From Candidatus Shapirobacteria bacterium (GTDB lineage: Bacteria > Patescibacteriota > Microgenomatia > UBA12405), in NCBI GenBank assembly GCA_041649835.1, contig JBAZML010000002.1, positions 3,318-67,317 on the forward strand: a DNA stretch of 64,000 nucleotides. The letters run 5' to 3'. The position numbers were made by a program, and so were the translations under genes. The notes below the pieces were generated by a model. That model saw only the letters and a program-made list of their open reading frames with translations, made no database searches and was not told the origin of the DNA. Below are positions 9,718 through 18,159 of the stretch, in pieces (position 1 is the stretch's first letter; every line of letters starts with the position of its first letter).

Positions 9718-9942
9718 TCAATTAAATCGCCCCTCAGGAAGCAACTCTAATTCAGAAACTCCAGGAAAACTGCGACCAGGAATATTTCCGGCACCAAATT
9801 CTTTTACCCAACGTTTGTGATTTTCAATATGTTCCTGTTTAAATTTAACCACATCACCTACTTTCCACCTTCTTTGATCATAGCACGTGCCCCTGTCATA
9901 ACCACATATGTCGCATTTAAGATTTTTCATGACTACCTCCAA
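9718..9942 (-). CDS. hypothetical protein (N-terminal CxxC)
   Basis: 74-aa ORF, KCDICGYDRGTC. Confidence 0.3.
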   Translation of the reverse strand: MEVVMKNLKCDICGYDRGTCYDQRRWKVGDVVKFKQEHIENHKRWVKEFGAGNIPGRSFPGVSELELLPEGRFN

Positions 9943-9990
9943 AGTTTTAGTTTATTATATACCCGGAAGCCAATTTCTGAAACAAGTTTT

Positions 9991-10563
9991 TTACATTTCG
10001 ATAAAAACTTCATATAATTCTGGACTCCAGTTTTCCGTAAGATATTTTTTGGCTCTATCCCAAAATTCCCGTACTGAACACTTGTACCATTCTTCGCACC
10101 CCACTCCTTTTACTGGAGAAAAGCGGCACCAAATTTCATCGGTCATTTTAAGATAGATTCTTTTATAATGTCTTTTAAATTTTTTGTTAAGAATGGTTCC
10201 TTGATACGCCCAATGAATGTCATATGCTGAATCATACCAAAAATTTTTTGATTTATAGTGTTTAACGTCTAATTTTTTAAATTCATTGAGTTTAAGAAGT
10301 TCTTCGGTTCCTAATTTAGTATGTAAGTCTTCTAAATTATTAAGTTTTTCCTGTTCCTCTTTCGTAAAGTCTAATCTTCCGTTACCACCACCTAAAAAAT
10401 GTAATTCAGAAGAAAACTGAATTGGAATAGCCCAGATTCCTCTTTTAGCTGGGGTAGTGTTTCCTTCTCTATGAGTTTGGTATTGACCATTAACTGGGCC
10501 CAGTCTCACAAAAATATGTTTTTCGCTAGGTTTTCTCATAGAACGTTTTCTGAAGTTCTTCAT
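9991..10563 (-). CDS. hypothetical protein
   Basis: 190-aa ORF driven by a minus-strand copy of the early promoter cassette. Confidence 0.35.
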   Translation of the reverse strand: MKNFRKRSMRKPSEKHIFVRLGPVNGQYQTHREGNTTPAKRGIWAIPIQFSSELHFLGGGNGRLDFTKEEQEKLNNLEDLHTKLGTEELLKLNEFKKLDVKHYKSKNFWYDSAYDIHWAYQGTILNKKFKRHYKRIYLKMTDEIWCRFSPVKGVGCEEWYKCSVREFWDRAKKYLTENWSPELYEVFIEM

Positions 10564-10600
10564 AATGGTTATTATACCATAATATGAAACTTTCTGAAAC
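10561..10600 (-). promoter_or_regulatory. early/middle promoter cassette (minus strand): GTTTCAG-N17-TGGTATAAT
   Basis: Reverse complement reads gtttcagaaagtttcatattatggtataataaccattATG. Confidence 0.5.
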
Positions 10601-10606
10601 CAGATT

Positions 10607-10614
10607 TATAAATA
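10607..10614 (+). promoter_or_regulatory. T4-type late promoter motif TATAAATA
   Basis: Exact TATAAATA ~48 nt upstream of ORF 10656. Confidence 0.45.
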
Positions 10615-10641
10615 TTATATTTACATTTTTCCACTATATAG

Positions 10642-10649
10642 TATAAATA
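10642..10649 (+). promoter_or_regulatory. T4-type late promoter motif TATAAATA (second copy)
   Basis: Exact TATAAATA 7 nt upstream of the ATG at 10656. Confidence 0.4.
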
Positions 10650-10655
10650 TAATAT

Positions 10656-11036
10656 ATGGACGACGTTTTCAATATACCAGAAGAAAAAGAGTCCCCAGAG
10701 GATTTACTAAGGGCAAACATAGAGAAAGCTAATGAAATATTAAATATAGCCATGTCTAATATTTCAGCTGGGCTGGCAACGCCGAGAATGCTAGAAGTGG
10801 CCGCCAAATTAGTGGACTCAGTTACAAACGCAGCAGAAAAATTAATTGGGGCCGGGTTCGATCTAGAGAGTTTACTTTTAAAAGAGCGTTTGATAAAATT
10901 AAAAGAAAAGGAATTAATGTTGAAATCTAATACGGACGGAGTCCCAAAAACTTTGAATCAGAACATAATCGTGAGTAGCAGAGAAGACCTTCTAAAGCTA
11001 TTTCAATCTAAAAAGGGGAATGAGAATGATGAATGA
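10656..11036 (+). CDS. hypothetical acidic/helical protein, first gene of PrkA operon
   Basis: 126-aa ORF overlapping PrkA start. Confidence 0.4.
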   Translation: MDDVFNIPEEKESPEDLLRANIEKANEILNIAMSNISAGLATPRMLEVAAKLVDSVTNAAEKLIGAGFDLESLLLKERLIKLKEKELMLKSNTDGVPKTLNQNIIVSSREDLLKLFQSKKGNENDE

Positions 11037-12975
11037 AAAGGATTTTAGAGAAGTTATTATTTCTCAAAGATCAAAATCAAAAGTAGAAGAATGGGCAGGT
11101 GCAGCTTTAGATTATTTGTATTTAGTAAAAGAAAATCCTGAGATTGCGCAATTTGCTCCTAGCAGATTGTATAATGCATTAATGAAATATGGTACAGAAC
11201 CTATCGACGATGATAATAAAATTAGAGGATATGAGGATCTTATAAAGTATAATTATTTTGATGATAAGATTTATGGTACTCAGGAATCTTTACATGATAT
11301 TATGAAATTTTTTAAGGCCTCTGCTCGTAGGACAGAAACCGGCAGAAGAATTCTTATTCTGGTAGGCCCAGTATCTTCAGGTAAAAGTACAATAGCTTAT
11401 ATTCTTAAAAGATGTTTAGAGAATGATGACACCCCAGCCTACGAGATTTCTGGGTGCCCAATCCACGAAGATCCCATTCATCTAATTCCTCTTGGGGACC
11501 GGCCATTTTGGGAAGAGCAACTGGGAATTAAAATAGAGGGCAGTCTATGTCCTATTTGCCAAATGAAAATTGACGAAGACTATAGAGGCGAATGGGAAAG
11601 AGTTCCTGTTAACAGATTCGCCTTTAATGAACAAAGAAGAGTTGGTATTGGTACTTTTCAGCCTTCTGATCCTAAGTCGCAAGATGTAAGTGAACTTATT
11701 GGAAGAGTTGATTATTCTAAAATGACTATGTACTCAGAAACTGATCCTAGGGCTTTTAAATTTAATGGTGAGCTTCAAGTAGCCAACCGCGGTATTATTG
11801 ATTTTATCGAACTTTTAAAGACTGATACTAAACTACTTTATGTTTTGATTACTGCAGCACAGGAACAACTCATTAAAAGTCCTGGCTTTCCTCAAATGTA
11901 TATAGATGTTATTTTATTAGCTCATACAAATGAGAGTGAATACTCGAGCTTTAAAGCTGATAAAAAGTCAGAGGCGATTCATGATCGTATGTATCCGATT
12001 ATGGTACCATGGAATCTTAGAGTAGATAATGAAATCCAAATCTATAAGAAACTGATTAAAGAAAGTGAATTTAAAAATATTCATATTTCTCCTTTAGCTC
12101 TAGAAGTAGCGGCTAAATTTGCAGTATTAACACGCCTTAAAAAGTCTACCAAAGTTTCTTCTCTTATTGAAAAAATGAGACTATATAATAATGAAGCACC
12201 TGAGGGATTTAAAAGAGAAGAGATCGATATTAAAGAACTTAGACAAGAAGGCAGAGAAAACGCCGAAGGTATGACCGGTATTTCTCCGAGATTTATTATG
12301 AATGCTTTGAATATCGCCTTAGCTTCTAAAGAAGACAAAACTTGTATCAATGCTTTGGATGTTATTCGTAGTTTGAATCACAACTTTGAACATCATATTG
12401 GATATACTCCAGAAGAAAAGGCAAATTACCAAGCTTTGTTACTCGCAGATAAGGATTCAGTATTAGCCGAATTTAAAACTTTAGCTAAAAAAGAAGTTCA
12501 ATTGGCTTTTATCTCTGCCTATGATGATCAAGTCCAGAACTTATTTGCTAATTATCTTAAGAACGCTTTAGCGTATTGCAAGAAAGAGAAAGTAAAGGAC
12601 GATGTTCTTGGAGAATTTTCTGATCCTGATGAAAAACTAATGAGAAGTATTGAAGAATCTATCGGAGTTCCTATTAACTCTGTTAAAGAATTTAGACAAG
12701 CTATTTTCGTGCAGAAGAGTTCTTGTCTTGAACGCGGAGAAAAGTTTGACTACACTACATATACTCCATTGAAAGAAGCTATTGAACATAAGTTAATGAA
12801 CGATCTTAAGAACGTGGTTTCTTTAACTCTTTGTGATCCTGCTAAATCTCAAGACAAAAAGATCGTAAAGAAGAGGCAAGAAGTTTTAGATACTCTTAAG
12901 GAACGTGGTTATTGCGAATATTGTGCTTACGCTTTGCTTCAGTATGTTGAAGCTTTACTACGGAAAGAATCGTAA
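11020..12975 (+). CDS. prkA: PrkA/YeaG-family serine protein kinase (AAA+ N-domain + kinase-like C-domain)
   Basis: Walker A ILILVGPVSSGKST, CPIHEDPIHLIP, GIGTFQPSDPKSQD, LLAHTNESEY; collinear with B. subtilis PrkA along ~640 aa. Confidence 0.9.
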   Translation: MRMMNEKDFREVIISQRSKSKVEEWAGAALDYLYLVKENPEIAQFAPSRLYNALMKYGTEPIDDDNKIRGYEDLIKYNYFDDKIYGTQESLHDIMKFFKASARRTETGRRILILVGPVSSGKSTIAYILKRCLENDDTPAYEISGCPIHEDPIHLIPLGDRPFWEEQLGIKIEGSLCPICQMKIDEDYRGEWERVPVNRFAFNEQRRVGIGTFQPSDPKSQDVSELIGRVDYSKMTMYSETDPRAFKFNGELQVANRGIIDFIELLKTDTKLLYVLITAAQEQLIKSPGFPQMYIDVILLAHTNESEYSSFKADKKSEAIHDRMYPIMVPWNLRVDNEIQIYKKLIKESEFKNIHISPLALEVAAKFAVLTRLKKSTKVSSLIEKMRLYNNEAPEGFKREEIDIKELRQEGRENAEGMTGISPRFIMNALNIALASKEDKTCINALDVIRSLNHNFEHHIGYTPEEKANYQALLLADKDSVLAEFKTLAKKEVQLAFISAYDDQVQNLFANYLKNALAYCKKEKVKDDVLGEFSDPDEKLMRSIEESIGVPINSVKEFRQAIFVQKSSCLERGEKFDYTTYTPLKEAIEHKLMNDLKNVVSLTLCDPAKSQDKKIVKKRQEVLDTLKERGYCEYCAYALLQYVEALLRKES

Positions 12976-12976
12976 G

Positions 12977-14305
12977 GTAAAACATATGTCGATAGTTGTC
13001 CATGATTCTTGGGATCTTTCTGAAAAGTGTAGAAAAGATCGCCAACGCCATAATGAGAAAGTAGATAAGGCTATACGTGATGCTGCTAGAGATACTTTAG
13101 CTGATGAATCTATTATCACTAAACGTGGCGAACGTACTGTAAGAATCCCGGTAAAGGGTCTTAAGGAATGGAGATTTATTTTCGACCATAACCAAAAAGG
13201 AAAGAAAATTGGTGGAGCAGGCCAAGGTAAAATAAAGCCTGGAGATACGATAGCAAAAAAGAATCTAGATCAAGAAGGTAAAGCTGGAAATCAACCTGGA
13301 GAAGATATTATAGAAGTAGATGTGTCTCTAGAATATCTTCTCGAAATTATGTTTGAAGAACTAGGTTTACCTAATCTAGAAGACAAAGAAAAGATCGAGA
13401 ATTTAGTTTCTGCGGGATTTAAATTTGATTCTATAGCTAAAAAGGGTATTCATTCTCAGTTACATAAAAAGAAAACTATCCTAGAAAGTATCAAAAGATT
13501 TGCTGCAGATATACGAGAACTTATGTTAGCCGGGAAGTGTTCAGAAGATGATGCAAAAAGAGCCTACTACCAAGCTAAACATGATCTTAAAAAGGCTTTA
13601 AAAATAATTTTAACAAACTCTATTGATAAGTATATCGACCCTAATTTAATGAATCCTATGATTAATGATGAGGATCTTAGATTTAGGAGGGTAGAAGAGA
13701 ATTTTATTCCTCAAAGTAGGGCTGTAGTAATTTTAATGTGTGATTCTTCAGGTAGTATGGGACAAGAAAAGAAGTATTTAATGAGATCCTTATTTTTTTG
13801 GCTCACACAATTTGTCAGACAATGTTATGAATATGTGGAAATAAGGTTTATAACACATGATACAACAGCGAAGCTTGTGGACGAGGATGAATTCTTTAAG
13901 AAAGGAGAATCCGGGGGTACTTATTGTTATACAGCTTTTGAAATGGCGAATCATTTATTGCAAACTGTGTATCCTGTAGAAGCCTGGAACGCCTTTTGTT
14001 TATACTGCAGTGACGGTGACTCATGGGATGTGAAAAAAGATATAGCGGCTTTAAATCATCTTATAGATTCCGGACTAAGTTTGTTTGGGTACTATGAAAC
14101 TCATCCATCAGAAGTTAGGTTCTATGGATTTGATGATGGGGAACTACTCTCAGACATTATAGACGAATTTGATCTTAAAATTTTGGATATAGGTAAAAAT
14201 CAAGAGTTCTATAAAAATGTTGATAAACGAATGGTCGCAGGTATAATAAGAAGTAAAGAAGATGTATTTCCAGCACTCAAAGCTACTCTATATGGAAAGA
14301 GGTGA
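12977..14305 (+). CDS. yhbH: YhbH/YeaH-family protein (DUF444, vWA-like)
   Basis: N-terminal MSIVVHDSWDL...QRHNEKV as in YhbH; MCDSSGSMG MIDAS-like motif; start 2 nt after prkA stop. Confidence 0.85.
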   Translation, partial: VKHMSIVVHDSWDLSEKCRKDRQRHNEKVDKAIRDAARDTLADESIITKRGERTVRIPVKGLKEWRFIFDHNQKGKKIGGAGQGKIKPGDTIAKKNLDQEGKAGNQPGEDIIEVDVSLEYLLEIMFEELGLPNLEDKEKIENLVSAGFKFDSIAKKGIHSQLHKKKTILESIKRFAADIRELMLAGKCSEDDAKRAYYQAKHDLKKALKIILTNSIDKYIDPNLMNPMINDEDLRFRRVEENFIPQSRAVVILMCDSSGSMGQEKKYLMRSLFFWLTQFVRQCYEYVEIRFITHDTTAKLVDEDEFFKKGESGGTYCYTAFEMANHLLQTVYPVEAWNAFCLYCSDGDSWDVKKDIAALNHLIDSGLSLFGYYETHPSEVRFYGFDDGELLSDIIDEFDLKILDIGKNQEFYKNVDKRMVAGIIRSKEDVFPALKATLYGKR

Positions 14306-14308
14306 TAT

Positions 14309-14401
14309 ATGATAGGATTTATTTTAGGGTTATTAGGGGGTTTATTCGTCGGTCATTTTTTAAGTAAAATGCTTCAAAAACTGTTAAATAAAGAGAGGTG
14401 A
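14309..14401 (+). CDS. small hydrophobic peptide (30 aa)
   Basis: MIGFILGLLGGLFVGHFL...; below ORF-track cutoff. Confidence 0.25.
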   Translation: MIGFILGLLGGLFVGHFLSKMLQKLLNKER

Positions 14402-14404
14402 TTT

Positions 14405-14533
14405 ATGATTATTGACTGGTACAGGTTCGGCTTCTTTTGTCTTTGTTTATTTGGGTCATTCTTTGCTAGTGGTATTCATGGAATTATTTGGTTTATGGCA
14501 GGAATAACTTACGTAAATATATGTGAGAGTTAA
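14405..14533 (+). CDS. small hydrophobic peptide (42 aa)
   Basis: MIIDWYRFGFFCLCLFGSFFASGIHGIIWFMAG... Confidence 0.25.
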   Translation: MIIDWYRFGFFCLCLFGSFFASGIHGIIWFMAGITYVNICES

Positions 14534-14535
14534 AG

Positions 14536-15030
14536 ATGAAAAAATGTGAACTATGTGGGGAGACTAGGATATTTCAGGACGATCCTACTGATAATGGATA
14601 TAATTTTGTGGTCTTTTGTTGTTATTCTCAATATCATATAGAATTAAATGGAACACAAAAATTAATACATCAAGGTACCTTATGTAAAGACTTTATGTTA
14701 TATAAACTTAAAAATTCTAGTCCGCATAATGAGTTATCAAACTCTGAAGCAGAAAGGCTTGCGTGGCTTCTCGAAGAACTTGGAGAAGTACAACAAGCAA
14801 TAGGTAAAGTACAACAAGCAATAGGTAAAATACTTAGACATGGATATGATAGCAAATGGCCTCCTGATATAGGACCCTCAAATAGAGATAATTTAGAAAA
14901 AGAAATAAGAGATGTTATCAAGGTGTTAAGATTAATGGACAGATTTACAGATATTAATCTTATGAAAATCGAGAACTCAGTAACAGATGACTACTCTAGA
15001 TGTTATCTACATCACCAGGATCTATCATGA
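14536..15030 (+). CDS. MazG-like nucleotide pyrophosphohydrolase-like protein with N-terminal zinc ribbon
   Basis: CELCGE N-terminus; LLEELGEVQQAIGK ... NLEKEIRDVIKVL resembles all-alpha NTP-PPase EExxE/ExxD helices; contains in-frame 21-bp tandem duplication. Confidence 0.4.
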   Translation: MKKCELCGETRIFQDDPTDNGYNFVVFCCYSQYHIELNGTQKLIHQGTLCKDFMLYKLKNSSPHNELSNSEAERLAWLLEELGEVQQAIGKVQQAIGKILRHGYDSKWPPDIGPSNRDNLEKEIRDVIKVLRLMDRFTDINLMKIENSVTDDYSRCYLHHQDLS

Positions 15031-16481
15031 AACTGCAAGAAACTCAACGTCTTATTAAAATTGAAGAAAAAATTAAGCAAATCGCCTCTGAGGAGCTCGG
15101 CTTAACTTTTCCTAACATTGAGTTCGATTGTATTCCGGCAGAGAAGATGATCGAAATCATGGCTTGTAGAGGTCCTTCCCAAATATCTCATTGGTCTTAT
15201 GGAAAGAACTATGAAAAAATTAAAACAATCTATAATGAAATTACCCCCGATCTTCCTTATGAAGTTGTTATTAATTCTCTTCCACCAAGAGCATATCTTC
15301 TTAATAAGAATACCTTAGCAGTTCAGGCCTTGGTCATTGCTCATGTTTATGGACACGTTCATTTCTTTACCAAAAGTAAATTCTTTTCTAAACATAGAAG
15401 AGATATTATAGAACTCATGTCCAATGCCTCTGATAGGTTTAGTAAATACGAAAAGAAATATGGTATTGAAAACGTAGAACCCATTATTGATGCTGGGCTG
15501 GCTTTACAACAACATGTTAATCCTTATGACGAAGAGACTGAAGAACAGAAAAGAGAACGAGTTTATGAGCACCATAAAAAGAAAATGCAACCATTTTCTC
15601 ATGAGTTCTCAGATCTGATTAACACCAATGACCGAGACCGAAATCTTGATATAGAAGCGTATAATAGTCAATTGCGGCTAGCTCTTAAAAATCTAATTCC
15701 AGTAGAGCCAACGGAGGATATTCTACGGTTTATTATTGATAATTCTAGAAACCTTGATGATTGGGAAAAGGATATACTCGAAATTATTAGGGAAGAGGGT
15801 ATGTACTATCACCCAGTTATTAAGACAAAAACAATTAATGAGGGATTTTCCGTCTTTGTGCACCAAAAGATTATGCAAAGACTTTTTGAGTTAAAATTGC
15901 TTACCCAAGAAGAACACGGTCAATACGCGGTAAGTAATTCTCTAGTAAAAGCTCAATCTATGTTTTCCATTAATCCTTATCTAGTAGGGTCTAAGATGTT
16001 AGAAGATATTGAAGACAGATGGAATAAGGGCAAATTTGGAAAAGAATGGGAGAATTGCGAAAATATAACAATAAAAAAGAGTTGGAATAAGAATCTAGGT
16101 TTGGGTTGGAAAAAGGTTTTAGATGTATGTGAATCTTATAATGATTGGTTGTTTATGCAAGATTTTTTAACTACAGACTTAATAGAAGAGTTGGAATTAT
16201 TTATTTATCAGCAGATAGAGACCAGGGACGAAATTAGATTAGTTAGAACAGAACATACTCTAGAAGAGATTAAACAAATGATTTTAATGAGTTATGCTTT
16301 GTCTTATACCCCTAAAATAGAGGTTATAGAAGGAAGAAAAGAATTAATTTTAAGGCATGAATATTTTGGAAATAATCTAGATACTAAATATGCTATGGAG
16401 ACTATAAAACATGTAACAAGACTCTGGGGAGATAAAGTCTTGTTACATACTAGAGATGGAGAAGTTGAATTGGTTTTGTAG
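15027..16481 (+). CDS. spoVR: SpoVR/YcgB-family protein
   Basis: MKLQETQ...CIPAEKMIEIMACRGPSQISHWSYGKNYEKIK..., IAHVYGHVHFF, NEGFSVFVHQKIM all match SpoVR landmarks; ATGA overlap with preceding gene. Confidence 0.85.
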   Translation: MKLQETQRLIKIEEKIKQIASEELGLTFPNIEFDCIPAEKMIEIMACRGPSQISHWSYGKNYEKIKTIYNEITPDLPYEVVINSLPPRAYLLNKNTLAVQALVIAHVYGHVHFFTKSKFFSKHRRDIIELMSNASDRFSKYEKKYGIENVEPIIDAGLALQQHVNPYDEETEEQKRERVYEHHKKKMQPFSHEFSDLINTNDRDRNLDIEAYNSQLRLALKNLIPVEPTEDILRFIIDNSRNLDDWEKDILEIIREEGMYYHPVIKTKTINEGFSVFVHQKIMQRLFELKLLTQEEHGQYAVSNSLVKAQSMFSINPYLVGSKMLEDIEDRWNKGKFGKEWENCENITIKKSWNKNLGLGWKKVLDVCESYNDWLFMQDFLTTDLIEELELFIYQQIETRDEIRLVRTEHTLEEIKQMILMSYALSYTPKIEVIEGRKELILRHEYFGNNLDTKYAMETIKHVTRLWGDKVLLHTRDGEVELVL

Positions 16482-16482
16482 T

Positions 16483-16716
16483 CTATTTAGCAACCCACCC
16501 AGTATTACTAATTCCAGACTCTTTTACATAAAGCGAAGTATTGGCCCCACCATCCGACCTAAGATATAAACTGCCTGGAACGGCCACAATAATTCCTTCT
16601 GGAGAGCCAGTTCCCCCAGTAATTATCATATCTGTTCCGTTTATTTCAATTTTATTAGATAAAGTTATTTTATCATTACTTGCGCTAGTTAAAATATTAA
16701 CATTTAGTGTGCTCAT
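16483..16716 (-). CDS. hypothetical protein
   Basis: 77-aa ORF at 3' end of late operon. Confidence 0.3.
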   Translation of the reverse strand: MSTLNVNILTSASNDKITLSNKIEINGTDMIITGGTGSPEGIIVAVPGSLYLRSDGGANTSLYVKESGISNTGWVAK

Positions 16717-17006
16717 TCAGTATACTCCATAATTAGATTTCCATTTTCCATTTTAGCTCTATATAATCTTCCAAGGAAAGAATTACCAGAAATAGGGTCT
16801 GTGCCGGCCCCTTTATCTTTCCATTTAGCCCCAATAGCCACCCAGTCGCCAAACGCAATCGTTCCGCCCACATACACAACCTCTTCATCCTCTACGAATA
16901 TTACCCTAGCAACATCATCTATAGTCCATATAGGCAAAGTAGGCACGTTCTGGATCCAAAGTTTTCCCACAAAGTAAAGGCCGTGGCTTTTTGTCGCGAG
17001 ACTCAT
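16713..17006 (-). CDS. hypothetical protein
   Basis: 97-aa ORF, overlapping stops/starts. Confidence 0.3.
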   Translation of the reverse strand: MSLATKSHGLYFVGKLWIQNVPTLPIWTIDDVARVIFVEDEEVVYVGGTIAFGDWVAIGAKWKDKGAGTDPISGNSFLGRLYRAKMENGNLIMEYTE

Positions 17007-17203
17007 AGTAGTCCACCTTCAATCAAAAATTCTTGTAGTCTCTTCAATTTTTTATCCCTCACAGGTCTATCATTTTCTATTAAATTCGTAAGAATTTGGT
17101 AGTCTTCTTCAGTATAGACCTCTTTCCTTTCATCCATTTCTTTAATTCTGTTTTCCTGAATCTTTATGTTAGAAACTAGATCAAATAAAGACTTTGTGGT
17201 CAT
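17003..17203 (-). CDS. hypothetical protein
   Basis: 66-aa ORF. Confidence 0.3.
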   Translation of the reverse strand: MTTKSLFDLVSNIKIQENRIKEMDERKEVYTEEDYQILTNLIENDRPVRDKKLKRLQEFLIEGGLL

Positions 17204-17691
17204 TTTCTTTTAATCCCCTTCATTTGATTAGTCCTAAAGTGTGCAGCAACTCTTCTCTGCGTTAACATGTTAAAGTCTTTGAAATAACTCCTAACAACCT
17301 CTTCTTGAGCTTTATCTGGAGGAATATATTCAAGCCCACGAATATAGTAGACAGGCGAATAAAAATACCTCCGAATCACTTCTTTCATATAGGGGTATTG
17401 AGTTTTTACTCTGTCCCAAGTTAACTTAACATTCCCCTTATTTCTAAGCATTTCCGCCATCCAGGTTTCTACAAACTTTGCTCTAGTTCCGCGCGGCAGA
17501 TAATTCAAATTTATAGCTTGGTGGAATCTCCATTGTCTTCCTGTTGTCGGATGTCTCCCAGATAAACTGTTTAAATACAAAATAACGGGAGAAGGATCAT
17601 GTTCGAAAGCTTGATATGAAAATTTATACAAATTCCCAGATTGAAGTGTTACTCCTCCCTGCTTAAAGTTGTAGTGTACTTTTAAGGCCAC
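17200..17691 (-). CDS. hypothetical protein
   Basis: 163-aa ORF. Confidence 0.35.
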   Translation of the reverse strand: MALKVHYNFKQGGVTLQSGNLYKFSYQAFEHDPSPVILYLNSLSGRHPTTGRQWRFHQAINLNYLPRGTRAKFVETWMAEMLRNKGNVKLTWDRVKTQYPYMKEVIRRYFYSPVYYIRGLEYIPPDKAQEEVVRSYFKDFNMLTQRRVAAHFRTNQMKGIKRK

Positions 17692-17694
17692 CTT

Positions 17695-18150
17695 CTACCT
17701 CAATAATAAATCTATTCTATTAACAATATTCTTATCATCCCAGAGCTTTTTTCTTAATAAAACCCCAGCAGCTATTCCAGCCAGCCCTATTCCTATTTTT
17801 GTAGCTTTTGATACTTGGCCGCTTGAAGCTTCTCCAGTTTCTGCCCATTTAGCAAAGCTTTCACAGTTATTAAAAATTATGTTATATTCCGTTTTTTCTT
17901 TTAGTCTTGTGTATACCCTAGATAAGATCATAAACACAGAATCTCTATTTGGAGAATTTTCTACGACTTTCTTTCCACCGCGAAGAAATTCTTCCATTGT
18001 GGATTTTATAACTATTCCGTTCTTCTTAGTTAATACATGGGCATCTCCATAGTGAACAACTTTTTCTCCACGCACTTCTATTCCATGATGCCAATATATC
18101 GGTATCTTGGCTACTTTTCGTAAGACTTTAATATGATCGCCCACAGCCAT
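17695..18150 (-). CDS. permuted papain-like NlpC/P60 (LRAT/YaeF-like) protein with C-terminal membrane anchor
   Basis: His-box WHHGIEVRGEKVVHYG followed by NCESF (NCEHF-like Cys motif) in the permuted H...C order; C-terminal IGIGLAGIAAGVLL helix. Confidence 0.5.
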   Translation of the reverse strand: MAVGDHIKVLRKVAKIPIYWHHGIEVRGEKVVHYGDAHVLTKKNGIVIKSTMEEFLRGGKKVVENSPNRDSVFMILSRVYTRLKEKTEYNIIFNNCESFAKWAETGEASSGQVSKATKIGIGLAGIAAGVLLRKKLWDDKNIVNRIDLLLR

Positions 18151-18159
18151 TTAAAATCC

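Noticed and set aside
9991-10563. ORF 9991..10563 as a possible endolysin (the Gly-rich GGGNGRLDF segment prompted the idea)
   Set aside because: No catalytic motifs of any lysin family are recognisable. Its expression from an early-type promoter also argues against a lysis function.
16541-16732. Plus-strand ORFs inside minus-strand structural genes (16541, 18933, 26596, 29546, 33556, 33928, 37171, 53617, 55342, 56843, 57821(-), 59039, 59944, 60418, 60688, 63748)
   Set aside because: Same reasoning as above: they are antisense or overlapping alternative frames of confident structural genes, with no independent support.
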